A DNA stretch of 64,000 bases from positions 14,440 to 78,439 of IMG/VR virus record IMGVR_UViG_3300024324_000416; one strand, given 5' to 3'. Below, piece by piece: positions 38,889 to 48,340 of this stretch; the stretch's first letter is position 1; every line of letters starts with the position of its first letter. The notes under the pieces were generated by a model, which had not been told where the DNA came from, did no database searches, and saw nothing but the letters and a program-made list of their open reading frames with translations. The stretch is from a virus. Position numbers and translations under genes: made by a program.

Positions 38889-39550
38889 GCATTGTAAAAG
38901 GTCTCAAAAACGTAGAGACAATTGTTAACAAGAAGACATACGACTCAAGTGGCCCCAAGACACGTTGGCTACAACTTGACGACGGGCAGAGTGCAAAGAT
39001 TCGCTTTGCTAACGAACTAGACGAGGACTCACCAAACTTTGACGAAGGTCGCAATCTTGCTATCGTCGTTCGTGAGCACTCCAATCCCAAGGACTACAAG
39101 CGTAAGGCTGTTTGTACCATGGAGTCAGAGGGACGAGACTGGGCAGAGGAGATGCACCGCAAAGATCCAAAGGCAGGCTGGGGCGGTCGTAACCGTTTCT
39201 ACGTCAATGTCCTAGTGGACGACGGCATGGAAGATCCATACATCGCAGTATGGTCACAGGGACTAGGTAAGCAGTCTGCTGTTCACACTATGTTGGAGTA
39301 CACCTCCGACACGGGCAGCATCAGTAACCTAACTTGGAAGATCAAGCGTCAGGGCACAGGAACCGACACTACCTATGTGTTGCTCCCAACTGCTCCTGAT
39401 TCTGAGCCTTTCGATTGGTCACCATACGAACTATACAATCTTGAGAATGTTGTTCGTAAGGTTCCCTACGCAGAGCAAGAGCAGTTCTACCTTGGCTTTG
39501 AGGGTGGAATGCCCACTTCATCTGCAAGCACCACAAACATTAACTGGTAA
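38885..39550 (+). CDS. Single-stranded DNA-binding protein (gp32-like)
   Basis: KIRF ... RFYVNVLV ... WKIKRQGTGTDTTY motifs; between primase and polymerase. Confidence 0.7.
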   Translation: MSIVKGLKNVETIVNKKTYDSSGPKTRWLQLDDGQSAKIRFANELDEDSPNFDEGRNLAIVVREHSNPKDYKRKAVCTMESEGRDWAEEMHRKDPKAGWGGRNRFYVNVLVDDGMEDPYIAVWSQGLGKQSAVHTMLEYTSDTGSISNLTWKIKRQGTGTDTTYVLLPTAPDSEPFDWSPYELYNLENVVRKVPYAEQEQFYLGFEGGMPTSSASTTNINW

Positions 39551-39556
39551 GGTGGT

Positions 39557-39583
39557 TGGCGGTGGGGAATGCCCTCACCGCCA
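39557..39583 (+). terminator. GC-rich hairpin after ssb
   Basis: TGGCGGTGGGG...CCTCACCGCCA. Confidence 0.55.
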
Positions 39584-39674
39584 CCCCCTTCCGTCTAAAC
39601 AAATTAATAAAAGCAGCAAACTATTTGGTCAGGGCTGAGAAAGCCCCCCACCAAAAATATACTTAGGAAAGGTA

Positions 39675-40358
39675 ATGCCAAACATAAAATTTCTTATGCG
39701 ACCAGAGACAGTAGGCTTTGAAGCCCCTGTGCCTGCAAGCAAATGCGTGCCAGACTGGTATGTAAAAACACTTCCCTACATTGATGAGCAAACAAAAGAG
39801 TTGCCGCTAACTAAAGACGGTGGAGTAAATAGAACTATCAAGAGTTGTATGCCTGTATTTGATGCAATGACTCAAGGATACATATGGAAGACTCCCTGCG
39901 ATATACAATTTAACTTAGATGAATTCTCAAGGGTCACTCACCCAAACATGCCTTTTCAGGTTTTAGATTTTACTCATTCTACGCAACAGACACAACACTA
40001 TCCTAATTTAGGTCAAGGGTTCAAGTGGATGTTGCCCTTCCAGATTCAGACCCCCAAGGGGTACAGCACTTTATTTAAACATCCTTCACATCAGGACTTG
40101 CCATTCACCACACTAGAAGGTATTGTGGATACAGACAGGCACCCCATTCCCACGCATTGTCCTGCGTATATTCCTGCTGAGTTCCAAGGTGTAATACCCA
40201 AGGGCACTCCCATCGTTCAGATGATCCCATTCAAGCGGGAGGCATGGAAGTCAATGTCAGAGGTAGATGGTAGAATAGAGGAAAGAGTCATACAGTTTGC
40301 AACCAAGTTTGAAAAACAATATAAGATAAACTACAGAGATAAGAAGGTATACAAGTAA
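39675..40358 (+). CDS. Trimeric dUTPase/dCTP-deaminase-fold protein of unknown function (DUF6065-like)
   Basis: P.WY, K.C.P..DA...GY, TPKGYS, GIVDTD, IPKGTPIVQMIPFKRE. Confidence 0.6.
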   Translation: MPNIKFLMRPETVGFEAPVPASKCVPDWYVKTLPYIDEQTKELPLTKDGGVNRTIKSCMPVFDAMTQGYIWKTPCDIQFNLDEFSRVTHPNMPFQVLDFTHSTQQTQHYPNLGQGFKWMLPFQIQTPKGYSTLFKHPSHQDLPFTTLEGIVDTDRHPIPTHCPAYIPAEFQGVIPKGTPIVQMIPFKREAWKSMSEVDGRIEERVIQFATKFEKQYKINYRDKKVYK

Positions 40359-43300
40359 TGTATTCACCCTTGCACGTTCACACTCACTACTCACCCATGG
40401 ATGGTGTAGCCACCCCTCAAGAATATATTGATAGGGCATTGGCAATCGGCATGGAGTCAGTAGCCATCACAGACCACGGCACGCTATCAGGTCACCGTGA
40501 GTTCTATCGGGTAGCCAAGGAAGCAGGCATCAAGCCTATCCTAGGTATCGAAGGCTACTTCACTAAGGATCGCCACGATAAGCGAGACAAGGCAGAACGC
40601 ACAGACCCACTAGACTTAAACTACAATCACTTGGTAGTGCTTGCTAAGAATGCTAAGGGTCTTGCCAATCTATCTAAGATTAGTGAGATTGCTTGGACGG
40701 AGGGATTCAACCGAAAGCCACGCTTTGACTTTGAGATCCTAGACAAGTACGGTGATGACCTTATCATTACCTCTGGCTGCATGTCGGGTATGATTAACAA
40801 GGCTATTGAGGCTGGTGAGTTTGCCGTAGCCAAGGAACATCTCAAGTGGTTTGATGATCGCTTTGGTGATGACTTCTACGTTGAGGTTATGCCACACAAC
40901 CAACCAGGCATGAACGCTGCACTAGTGGAGTTGGCAAAGGAAGGTGGCTACCAACTTGTAGTGACTCCTGACTGCCACCATGCAACGTTAGATCAAAAGA
41001 TCATCCAAGAAGTTATGCTACTTAATAACACTCACGCAAAGATGGATAAGGAAGCAGACTTTAAGAAGTCTCTCAAGTATGACAACCTCATGGAACGGTT
41101 TGACTACCTCTATGGCTCTGACCGCATGATGAGTTTCAATAAGTTTGATATTCATCTGCTTGATTACAATGAGATGAAGTCTGCTATGGGTGATGACTGG
41201 GACGAGTCAATGGCTACTAATTCTCTTGCGGCAGCAGAAAAGGTAGAGGACTACAATATCAAGTCTAACCTAAACCTACTCCCTGTCACACACAAAGACA
41301 GCGACGAAGAGATTCGCACCCTTGCCTTTGCAGGGCTCAAGGATCTCAAACTAGATGAGCATCCAGAATACGTTGAGCGTCTGGAAGAAGAGTTGTCCAT
41401 CATCAAGGATAAGAAGTTTGCACCCTACTTTATTGTTGTGCGTAACATGATCCAATGGGCAAAGAAGAATGACATTATGGTCGGCCCTGGTCGTGGTTCT
41501 AGTGCAGGCTCACTCCTGTGCTACACCCTAGGCATCACAGAGGTAGATCCTATTGAGCATAATCTTTTGTTCTTCCGCTTCATTGACCTTGACCGTGATG
41601 ACTGGCCTGACATTGACACAGACATTATGGACACTAGGCGTGAGGAAGTCAAGCAATATCTAGAAGCACAATACAAGCACGTTGCCTCTATCGCTACTTT
41701 CTTAACTTTCAAAGATAAGGGTATGGTGCGTGACATTTGTCGTGTGCTCAACATCCCCTTGGGTGAGGTCAACCGTGCCCTAAAGAACGTAGAGACTTGG
41801 GATCACTTCTGCTCCTCTCGTACCACAGCAGACTTCCGTGAGAAGTACCCAGAGATTGTGGAGATCGGTGAGCAGTTGCGTGGTCGTATCCGTGGCACAG
41901 GCATCCATGCCGCAGGCGTGGTGACTAGCAAGAAGCCTATCTCGCAGGTTACTGCTATTGAGACTCGTGTAGATCCTTCCTCCAAAGAGCGTATCCCTGT
42001 AGTCGGGGTAGATATGGATGAGGCAGCAGAGATCGGTCTTATCAAGATTGATGCACTAGGGCTTAAGACTCTATCCGTTGTGCAAGACGCACTCAGCATC
42101 ATTGAGGAACGCACAGGAAATAAGATTGACATAACACAAGTTAAGTTAGATGACAAGAAGGTGTACGAAATGCTTGCAGCAGGTCGCACCAAGGGTGTGT
42201 TCCAATGTGAGACTACACCTTACACTAACTTGCTTGTCAAGATGCAGGTTTCTAACTTTGAGGAACTTGCTGCTTCTAACGCTCTCATTCGTCCTGGTGC
42301 TATGAAGTCTATCGGTCGTCAGTACCTAGACCGCAAGAATGGCAAGCAGGCTGTAGAGTTTATCTCACCTTTGATGAAGGACTGGACAGCAGACACATTC
42401 GGTCTGATCCTTTACCAGGAGCAGGTTATGCGTGCTTGCGTAGAACTAGGCGGTATGACGAAGGGCGAAGCAAACAAAGTCCGTAAGATCATTGGTAAGA
42501 AGAAAGACGTTAAAGAGTTCAACAAGTTTAAGAAGAAGTTTGTTGCTGGTGCGTCCAAGCATATTGGTTCTACTTATGCTGAGTCCATGTGGACTGACTT
42601 TGAGAAGCACGCTGGATACTCATTCAATAAGTCTCACGCTGTTGCATACTCCATGTTGTCATACTGGACTGCATGGCTCAAGACTAACTATCCTCTAGAG
42701 TTTATGTACGCTATCTTGCGTAACGAGAAGGATACTGACTCTCGCACAGAATACCTTATTGAGTGCAAGCGTATGGGTATCCCCCTCAAGTTGCCTCACA
42801 TCAACGATAGCGAACTAGACTTTACTATCGAAGGCAAGGGCATTCGTTTCGGTATAACATCAATTAAGTATATCTCTGCGTTGGTTGGCGAACGGTATCT
42901 CAATCATCGTCCATTCAAGTCGTACAAGGAGATTGAGGAACTGACATACACCAAGGGTGCTGGTCTTAACAGCCGTGCTCTCAAGGCTATGAATGCCGTA
43001 GGTGCATTGACATTCCCAGACAACGCTGCTGATGAAGAGAAGGTGCGTAGCAATCTGTATGAGTACCTTAATCTACCAGAGTTCAATGTGGATGTGCCCT
43101 CGCACTTCTATGCATTCCTTGATGACTGTGATGACCATGAGGACAAGGGTGTGTTCATCTACATGGGTGTAGTGAACGGTATCCGTCAGGGTAAAGGTTG
43201 GAGTCTGGTAAACATCATGGATGGTACAGGCACCGCAGGATTCTTTGATGAACAGAACACAACTATTGAGAAGGGCAAGAGTTATGTTATACTTGTCGCA

Positions 43301-43624
43301 AACAATAGAGTTATGGAGTTTGTCCCTGTGGAAGAGATTCGTGACAACAAGGCTTCATTCGTTAGGTTCCTAAACCTAAAGCAACTTTCTTTTGCAGAAG
43401 ATGAGTTCTATGTATTGGCTTGGAAGCCTCGCAAGACTAAGGCTGGGGCAAACATGGGATCTTTGTTGGTTGCTAATTCATCACGAGAGATGCGTGCGGT
43501 AACTGTGTTCCCATCATCTTTTGCTATGGCTCACACTCGCTTGGAGTTGGGCAAAGCATTCAAGATGGAGTTCGGTAAGACTAAGCAAGGCGATTTAACG
43601 TTGGAAGAAGTAATCAGAAACTAA
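40358..43624 (+). CDS. dnaE: DNA polymerase III alpha subunit
   Basis: PHP domain HVHTHYS/TDHG/GIE; GPGRGSSAGS; PDIDTD; GIHAAG; KIDALG; YSFNKSH. Confidence 0.96.
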   Translation: MYSPLHVHTHYSPMDGVATPQEYIDRALAIGMESVAITDHGTLSGHREFYRVAKEAGIKPILGIEGYFTKDRHDKRDKAERTDPLDLNYNHLVVLAKNAKGLANLSKISEIAWTEGFNRKPRFDFEILDKYGDDLIITSGCMSGMINKAIEAGEFAVAKEHLKWFDDRFGDDFYVEVMPHNQPGMNAALVELAKEGGYQLVVTPDCHHATLDQKIIQEVMLLNNTHAKMDKEADFKKSLKYDNLMERFDYLYGSDRMMSFNKFDIHLLDYNEMKSAMGDDWDESMATNSLAAAEKVEDYNIKSNLNLLPVTHKDSDEEIRTLAFAGLKDLKLDEHPEYVERLEEELSIIKDKKFAPYFIVVRNMIQWAKKNDIMVGPGRGSSAGSLLCYTLGITEVDPIEHNLLFFRFIDLDRDDWPDIDTDIMDTRREEVKQYLEAQYKHVASIATFLTFKDKGMVRDICRVLNIPLGEVNRALKNVETWDHFCSSRTTADFREKYPEIVEIGEQLRGRIRGTGIHAAGVVTSKKPISQVTAIETRVDPSSKERIPVVGVDMDEAAEIGLIKIDALGLKTLSVVQDALSIIEERTGNKIDITQVKLDDKKVYEMLAAGRTKGVFQCETTPYTNLLVKMQVSNFEELAASNALIRPGAMKSIGRQYLDRKNGKQAVEFISPLMKDWTADTFGLILYQEQVMRACVELGGMTKGEANKVRKIIGKKKDVKEFNKFKKKFVAGASKHIGSTYAESMWTDFEKHAGYSFNKSHAVAYSMLSYWTAWLKTNYPLEFMYAILRNEKDTDSRTEYLIECKRMGIPLKLPHINDSELDFTIEGKGIRFGITSIKYISALVGERYLNHRPFKSYKEIEELTYTKGAGLNSRALKAMNAVGALTFPDNAADEEKVRSNLYEYLNLPEFNVDVPSHFYAFLDDCDDHEDKGVFIYMGVVNGIRQGKGWSLVNIMDGTGTAGFFDEQNTTIEKGKSYVILVANNRVMEFVPVEEIRDNKASFVRFLNLKQLSFAEDEFYVLAWKPRKTKAGANMGSLLVANSSREMRAVTVFPSSFAMAHTRLELGKAFKMEFGKTKQGDLTLEEVIRN

Positions 43625-43632
43625 GGAGAAGA

Positions 43633-43983
43633 ATGACATATCTAAATGACATGGACGACCTGGCACACACGCTACACGCTCACGCAAAGCGTCAGGGCTT
43701 CTACGAGCCTTACGATCACATGGATGAGGCAGACTACGTTGTGTTCTACCTCAAGCAACTTGCTATGGTGCATAGCGAAGTAACCGAAGTGCTAGAAGCA
43801 ATCCGCAAGGAGAAGGGCGACGAGGAAGTAGTAGAGGAACTAGCAGACATTATGATTCGTGTGCTTGACTTCTGGGCATTCCTCAATGAGACAGGCTACA
43901 CAAAGCGTAGCCTAGCAGATGCTCTCAACAAAAAGGTAGAGACAAACAAGCAACGTGAGTGGCGACACGGGGTGCTTGCGTAA
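43633..43983 (+). CDS. MazG-like nucleotide pyrophosphohydrolase
   Basis: HSEVTEVLEA...EELADIMIR..D motif. Confidence 0.82.
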   Translation: MTYLNDMDDLAHTLHAHAKRQGFYEPYDHMDEADYVVFYLKQLAMVHSEVTEVLEAIRKEKGDEEVVEELADIMIRVLDFWAFLNETGYTKRSLADALNKKVETNKQREWRHGVLA

Positions 43984-44978
43984 TGAGTGTAGAGGCAGTT
44001 CTCGCACAACTAAACCCAAAGATGCGACAAGCAATTAACTTTGGTAGTGACATTCAGTATGACCGTCAGCCCTTGCCTAGCCATGCTTTGACTCGTGCCC
44101 TCAATGGTGGGTTGCCTTATGGTAGGCAGTCCCTCATCTGGGGCAGTAAGAGTGCTGCTAAGTCTTCCCTGTGTCTACAGATCGTAAGTATGGCTCAGGA
44201 GGCAGGCAAGTCCTGTGCTTGGATCGACGCAGAGCAATCGTTCGATCCATCCTGGGCACACAAGTTGGGGGTAGATGAAAAAAACCTCATCGTATCAGAA
44301 GCAAAGACAACTAATGATATGGCAAACACAGGCACAGACCTTATGAAGGCAGGCATTGATGTGTTGGTTGTTGACTCTATCTCTGCTCTCCTACCCGCCA
44401 TCTACTTTGAGAAGGGTAATGAAGAGTTGAAAGACTTGGAGAACACAAAGCAGATTGGTGCTGAGTCAAAGGATATGGGCAACGCAGTAAAGATGCTGAA
44501 CTACGCTAATAAGAAGACACTACTTATTCTTATCTCACAACAGCGTAATCAGATCTCTGCCATGTACACACAGTTGCAACCCACAGGTGGTCAGGCAACT
44601 AAGTTTTATTCATCTGTTGTTATCAAACTATTCTCTTCTGAGTCGCAGAAGCAAGCACTAGAAAAGAAGATCCAGATTGGAGACAAACTAATCAATGAGG
44701 TTGTTGGTCGTAAGATCATCTGGGACGTTCAGTTTTCTAAGACCTCACCCCCATTCCAGCAGGGAGAGTATGACTTCTACTTCCGTGGTGATTCTATCGG
44801 AATCGACATTATTGGTGACCTTGTAGATCTATCAGTTAACATGGGCATCATCGAAAAGGGTGGTGCATGGTACACCTGTGAAGGCGAACGGTATCAAGGA
44901 CGAGACAACCTTATCGCAGGAGTGCGTGAAGACCTAGACGTACAAGACACCTTGATTGCCAAGGTACGAGATGCCTAA
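43983..44978 (+). CDS. recA: RecA-family recombinase
   Basis: GGLPYGR, AWIDAEQ, VVDSISAL, GGQATKFYSS, KGGAWY. Confidence 0.92.
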   Translation: MSVEAVLAQLNPKMRQAINFGSDIQYDRQPLPSHALTRALNGGLPYGRQSLIWGSKSAAKSSLCLQIVSMAQEAGKSCAWIDAEQSFDPSWAHKLGVDEKNLIVSEAKTTNDMANTGTDLMKAGIDVLVVDSISALLPAIYFEKGNEELKDLENTKQIGAESKDMGNAVKMLNYANKKTLLILISQQRNQISAMYTQLQPTGGQATKFYSSVVIKLFSSESQKQALEKKIQIGDKLINEVVGRKIIWDVQFSKTSPPFQQGEYDFYFRGDSIGIDIIGDLVDLSVNMGIIEKGGAWYTCEGERYQGRDNLIAGVREDLDVQDTLIAKVRDA

Positions 44979-45111
44979 ATTTAATGTGTACGAAGGACAA
45001 TTCATTTGCTATGAGTGTAAGGGCACAGTCCCTACAGCACGCTTCTGGACTAAGAAATACTTGCTCTCTTGGAAGTGCAAGTGTGGTCACGTTAGTGAGG
45101 TGAACTTATGA
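44971..45111 (+). CDS. 46-aa Zn-ribbon microprotein
   Basis: CYEC...CKCGH; overlaps the recA end. Confidence 0.65.
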   Translation: MPKFNVYEGQFICYECKGTVPTARFWTKKYLLSWKCKCGHVSEVNL

Positions 45112-45284
45112 GTGAAGGGATACTAAAGGTTACAGAGTCAGGGACATACACATTGTGTGAGGTCTGTGGTTTTATCAGATCTGATATGTCCCCCGATAAT
45201 CATGTGAGGGTGGTGCATCATGGTCTTCCTCCCGAAGACATTCTACCCCAAAGCAAAAGTAAAACTTTGGAGCGAAAGGGTTGA
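45108..45284 (+). CDS. 58-aa C2H2-like microprotein
   Basis: CEVC...H..VVHH; ATGA overlap. Confidence 0.5.
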   Translation: MSEGILKVTESGTYTLCEVCGFIRSDMSPDNHVRVVHHGLPPEDILPQSKSKTLERKG

Positions 45285-45287
45285 GAA

Positions 45288-45605
45288 GTGGTAGATTATA
45301 ATAAACGAGAAGCATCAGAAGCAAAACGTATGGGAGCAAAACTTCATAAAAATTCGGGAAGAGGGATGAAAAAAGGCGACGGCACATGGAAAAGATTCCT
45401 AGTCGATTGGAAGTTTGCTAAGAAGTCCTTTACTTTAAATAAAGATGTATGGTCTAAGGTAGTAACAGACACACTAAAGTCAGATAGAGAAAAGAATCCT
45501 GCACTCATCATTGTGCTAGGAGAAGGCAACGACATTGTTCGACTAGCAATTATAGAACAAGAAGTGCTTGAACAACTTGACACAGACAATAGCGATATGG
45601 TATAA
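45288..45605 (+). CDS. PD-(D/E)XK nuclease / Hjc-like resolvase
   Basis: E...AK..G....NSG....GD.....VDWK. Confidence 0.7.
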   Translation: MVDYNKREASEAKRMGAKLHKNSGRGMKKGDGTWKRFLVDWKFAKKSFTLNKDVWSKVVTDTLKSDREKNPALIIVLGEGNDIVRLAIIEQEVLEQLDTDNSDMV

Positions 45606-45606
45606 T
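45577..45606 (+). promoter_or_regulatory. Promoter embedded in the gene end
   Basis: TTGACA-N18-TATAAT. Confidence 0.7.
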
Positions 45607-45631
45607 ATATCTAACAACAGAGAGGCTTGTA

Positions 45632-45955
45632 ATGAGCGACAGCGTAATAGAGTTGGTAAACGAAGTATCAGAGTTTACTGATATTGCCGACTACATGAAT
45701 GACGATGCACTTACAGAGGTGCTGGCAACTATTGTAAAACTAATAGCACAGCCAGACATTCCTGCAACTGCTGCTATTCCACTTATCATTAGGTTGGAAG
45801 CGTGGGCGGCTGCGTTCAACATGCAAGCAAGTTATTACACGAACATTGACAAAAGTGATCGTGCTAGGAAGAATCTTTATTATTCAATCACCGACTCCAC
45901 ACGCCGTCTTGTCGATGCTTTGAAGTATACGACAAGGAATGGTTATCGTGGCTAA
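45632..45955 (+). CDS. Hypothetical helical protein
   Basis: ORF after promoter; overlaps the next gene. Confidence 0.65.
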   Translation: MSDSVIELVNEVSEFTDIADYMNDDALTEVLATIVKLIAQPDIPATAAIPLIIRLEAWAAAFNMQASYYTNIDKSDRARKNLYYSITDSTRRLVDALKYTTRNGYRG

Positions 45956-46742
45956 GAACCTAATGAAGGAACTAATTGTGGCACACAAAGGAAAGTCTTG
46001 GTTAAACGCAAATGAGTTCACCAAGCGACTAGAAGAAGGATACTTGCGTCAGTTTGGAAGCAAGTTCACAACTAAGAAGACCTTTGCTCCATCAGGTCTG
46101 GCATGGAACCAGGGCGAGTGTCCTCGCTATTGGTACATCGCATTCAACGGGGCAGAGTTTGTAGATGACGAGCGTGAGGCAAAGGCAGTAGCCAACATGC
46201 AGCACGGCACAGTATCTCACGAGCGTATCCAGAAGGCACTAGATCTATCTGATATTCCCGCTGAGATGGAGGTTAAGATTCGTAATGAAGATCCTCCTAT
46301 CTTTGGGTATGCTGACGGCATCCTAGATTGGGCTGGTGACGAGAATGTTGTGCTAGAGATCAAGACCATGCGTGAGGAAGGCTTTGCTAGAGTCAAGGCC
46401 GCAGGCAAGCCAAAGAAGCATCACATCTTCCAGTTGCTCGTCTACATGAAGATCCAAAAGGCAACCAGGGGCATCATCATGTATGAGTCCAAGAACGCTA
46501 ATGAGTTGCTGGCTCTTCCTGTTGAGATCAATGACACCTACCGTGATTACATGGACTACCTATGGGGTTGGCTCCGTGAGGTTAGGTCTGCCTTTGACAA
46601 CGACACGTTGCCTGAAAAGAACTACCGATCAAATTCAAGGGTATGCAAGAACTGCCCAGTCAAGGCTACCTGTGATACACTTGGAGATGGAGTAATCAAA
46701 ATTAAATCGTTGGAGACCGTACCAGATGCTGAAGAACTGTGA
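45948..46742 (+). CDS. Cas4-like/RecB-family exonuclease
   Basis: CPRYW, GTVSH, GYADG, LEIKT, QLLVY, CKNCPVKATC (4-Cys Fe-S pattern). Confidence 0.85.
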   Translation: MAKNLMKELIVAHKGKSWLNANEFTKRLEEGYLRQFGSKFTTKKTFAPSGLAWNQGECPRYWYIAFNGAEFVDDEREAKAVANMQHGTVSHERIQKALDLSDIPAEMEVKIRNEDPPIFGYADGILDWAGDENVVLEIKTMREEGFARVKAAGKPKKHHIFQLLVYMKIQKATRGIIMYESKNANELLALPVEINDTYRDYMDYLWGWLREVRSAFDNDTLPEKNYRSNSRVCKNCPVKATCDTLGDGVIKIKSLETVPDAEEL

Positions 46743-46992
46743 GTGGTGTGGAAAAGACTTTGATGCTAGTGTTTCCTATCAAGTCTACTGCTCTGCTGAG
46801 TGTAGAACTACTGCAACAAAAGACAACACATCACAGAAGCAAAGAGCAAAGAAGGCAGAAGCACGAAAGAGCAAAGACCGTAGGTGTACAACCTGTGGTA
46901 AACCACTTTCAATATACAACGATGAAAACTATTGTTCCTCTTGTATCGGAAGTAAAAAAGATTACAAGAAATTTCTAAGGAATATTAAGTGA
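46726..46992 (+). CDS. Double Zn-finger protein
   Basis: CEWC, YCSAEC, CTTC, CSSC. Confidence 0.75.
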   Translation: MLKNCEWCGKDFDASVSYQVYCSAECRTTATKDNTSQKQRAKKAEARKSKDRRCTTCGKPLSIYNDENYCSSCIGSKKDYKKFLRNIK

Positions 46993-47546
46993 CACCTTTT
47001 CTGTCTGTTGACTCCTCTACGCAGTCCTTAGCATTTGCTATCTGGACTAAACGACTTGAGGCTTGGGGAAAGATTGTATTTAAGCATGAGGCAAAGGGCA
47101 TCTACGATAAGGTGGGAGTCATAGGGAAAAAGACAGGAGCGTTCACTAATGAACTTCTGGAAACCTGGGACATAACTAGAATGATAATTGAAAAGCCTAT
47201 CTTTGCCAACAGTCCTATGACTGCTGCTAACCTGGCCCTTGCACAAGGCTCTCTCGTAGGTGCTGCGCTGGTTTCAGGTGTTAAGGAGGTAGTTGGGGTA
47301 GAGCCGATTACCTGGGCCGCACACATCGGCAACGCAAATTTAAATAAGAAAGAAAAGGAACAGATCAAGTTGGACTTTCCAGGGCAGTCAGCAAACTGGT
47401 ATAAGACTAAACAAAGAGATTTCCGCAAGCAACGCACTATGGACTATGTAAATAATAGATTTGGAATAGATATTAAAGATAATGACGTAGGGGACGCTAT
47501 CGGCATCGGATGTTGGGCGTTGGATAAAGGAATGTTTGACAAATAG
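46989..47546 (+). CDS. RuvC-like Holliday junction resolvase
   Basis: LSVDSS, IIEKP, DNDVGDAIGIG acidic RNase H-fold motifs. Confidence 0.8.
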   Translation: MTPFLSVDSSTQSLAFAIWTKRLEAWGKIVFKHEAKGIYDKVGVIGKKTGAFTNELLETWDITRMIIEKPIFANSPMTAANLALAQGSLVGAALVSGVKEVVGVEPITWAAHIGNANLNKKEKEQIKLDFPGQSANWYKTKQRDFRKQRTMDYVNNRFGIDIKDNDVGDAIGIGCWALDKGMFDK

Positions 47547-47564
47547 GACGATTTAAGGTATAAT
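47536..47564 (+). promoter_or_regulatory. Promoter, leaderless
   Basis: TTGACA-N17-TATAAT, ATG 6 nt downstream. Confidence 0.8.
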
Positions 47565-47570
47565 AGAGAC

Positions 47571-47729
47571 ATGAGTAAAGGCCACAGCGTTGGACTACAC
47601 AATAATAAGGCGTGGTTATTTAAGAGGTATTGTGTTGATAAGAAAGCAGTCAAAGCAATAGCAAAAGAGGCAGGTGTGAGCGAAGTAAGTGTTTATGCCT
47701 CTATCAAGAAGATGGGATTAAAGAGATGA
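47571..47729 (+). CDS. 52-aa HTH protein absent from the ORF track
   Basis: KAWLFKRY...AIAKEAGVSEVSVY..IKKMGL; leaderless start; ATGA overlap with the next gene. Confidence 0.75.
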   Translation: MSKGHSVGLHNNKAWLFKRYCVDKKAVKAIAKEAGVSEVSVYASIKKMGLKR

Positions 47730-48340
47730 TACAGGAAGTTCTTTCGTATAAAGAAACCTTGACTCTAGATGAGATCAAGGGAAATGTTTTTGTTATTGAT
47801 GACTTCCTTGCTCCCATTGATGCTGAATTTCTTATGCGTGCCATGTTTGATTGGGATCACTTCCCTTGGTACATGGTTCCCCGTGACGTTGCGGGGGTAG
47901 GAGAGTATGTAGAAAATCCAGACCCAAGAGATATGTATTTTAAGCATGACTTCTTTAACTCCCACTTTAATGTTTCTCCCACCATTCGCCTCATGGCACC
48001 ATTTGTAGAGAAGTTGGTTCCTCGTGCCATCTCACGCATCCGTGCAAATGTATATGCAGCGAGGGAGGAGCCATTTCAGTTTGGCTTCCACACCGACTAC
48101 GACGATATTGCAACGGCAGTTTACTATGTAAACACTAATAACGGTGCTACTCTGTTTGAGAGTGGTGACAGCGTTGAGTCCAAGCAAGGCAGGCTGGTGT
48201 TGTTTGATTCTAATCTAAAGCACACTACAAGGAACCATACAGATATTTCGTCAAGGATGTTGATTAACTTTAACTATGTGCCCTGCTCAAAGAAATTTGA
48301 TGTAGGCCCAGGAACCTACAAAGAAATTAATTATGGATAA
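47726..48340 (+). CDS. 2OG-Fe(II) oxygenase
   Basis: VIDDFL, HTD (HxD), YYVNTNNGAT.F, LVLFD...H, R..INFN. Confidence 0.85.
   Translation: MIQEVLSYKETLTLDEIKGNVFVIDDFLAPIDAEFLMRAMFDWDHFPWYMVPRDVAGVGEYVENPDPRDMYFKHDFFNSHFNVSPTIRLMAPFVEKLVPRAISRIRANVYAAREEPFQFGFHTDYDDIATAVYYVNTNNGATLFESGDSVESKQGRLVLFDSNLKHTTRNHTDISSRMLINFNYVPCSKKFDVGPGTYKEINYG

Noticed and set aside
45948-46742. Cas4-like gene as part of a CRISPR system
   Set aside because: No repeat-spacer array or other cas genes seen; solo Cas4-like nucleases are common in phage recombination modules
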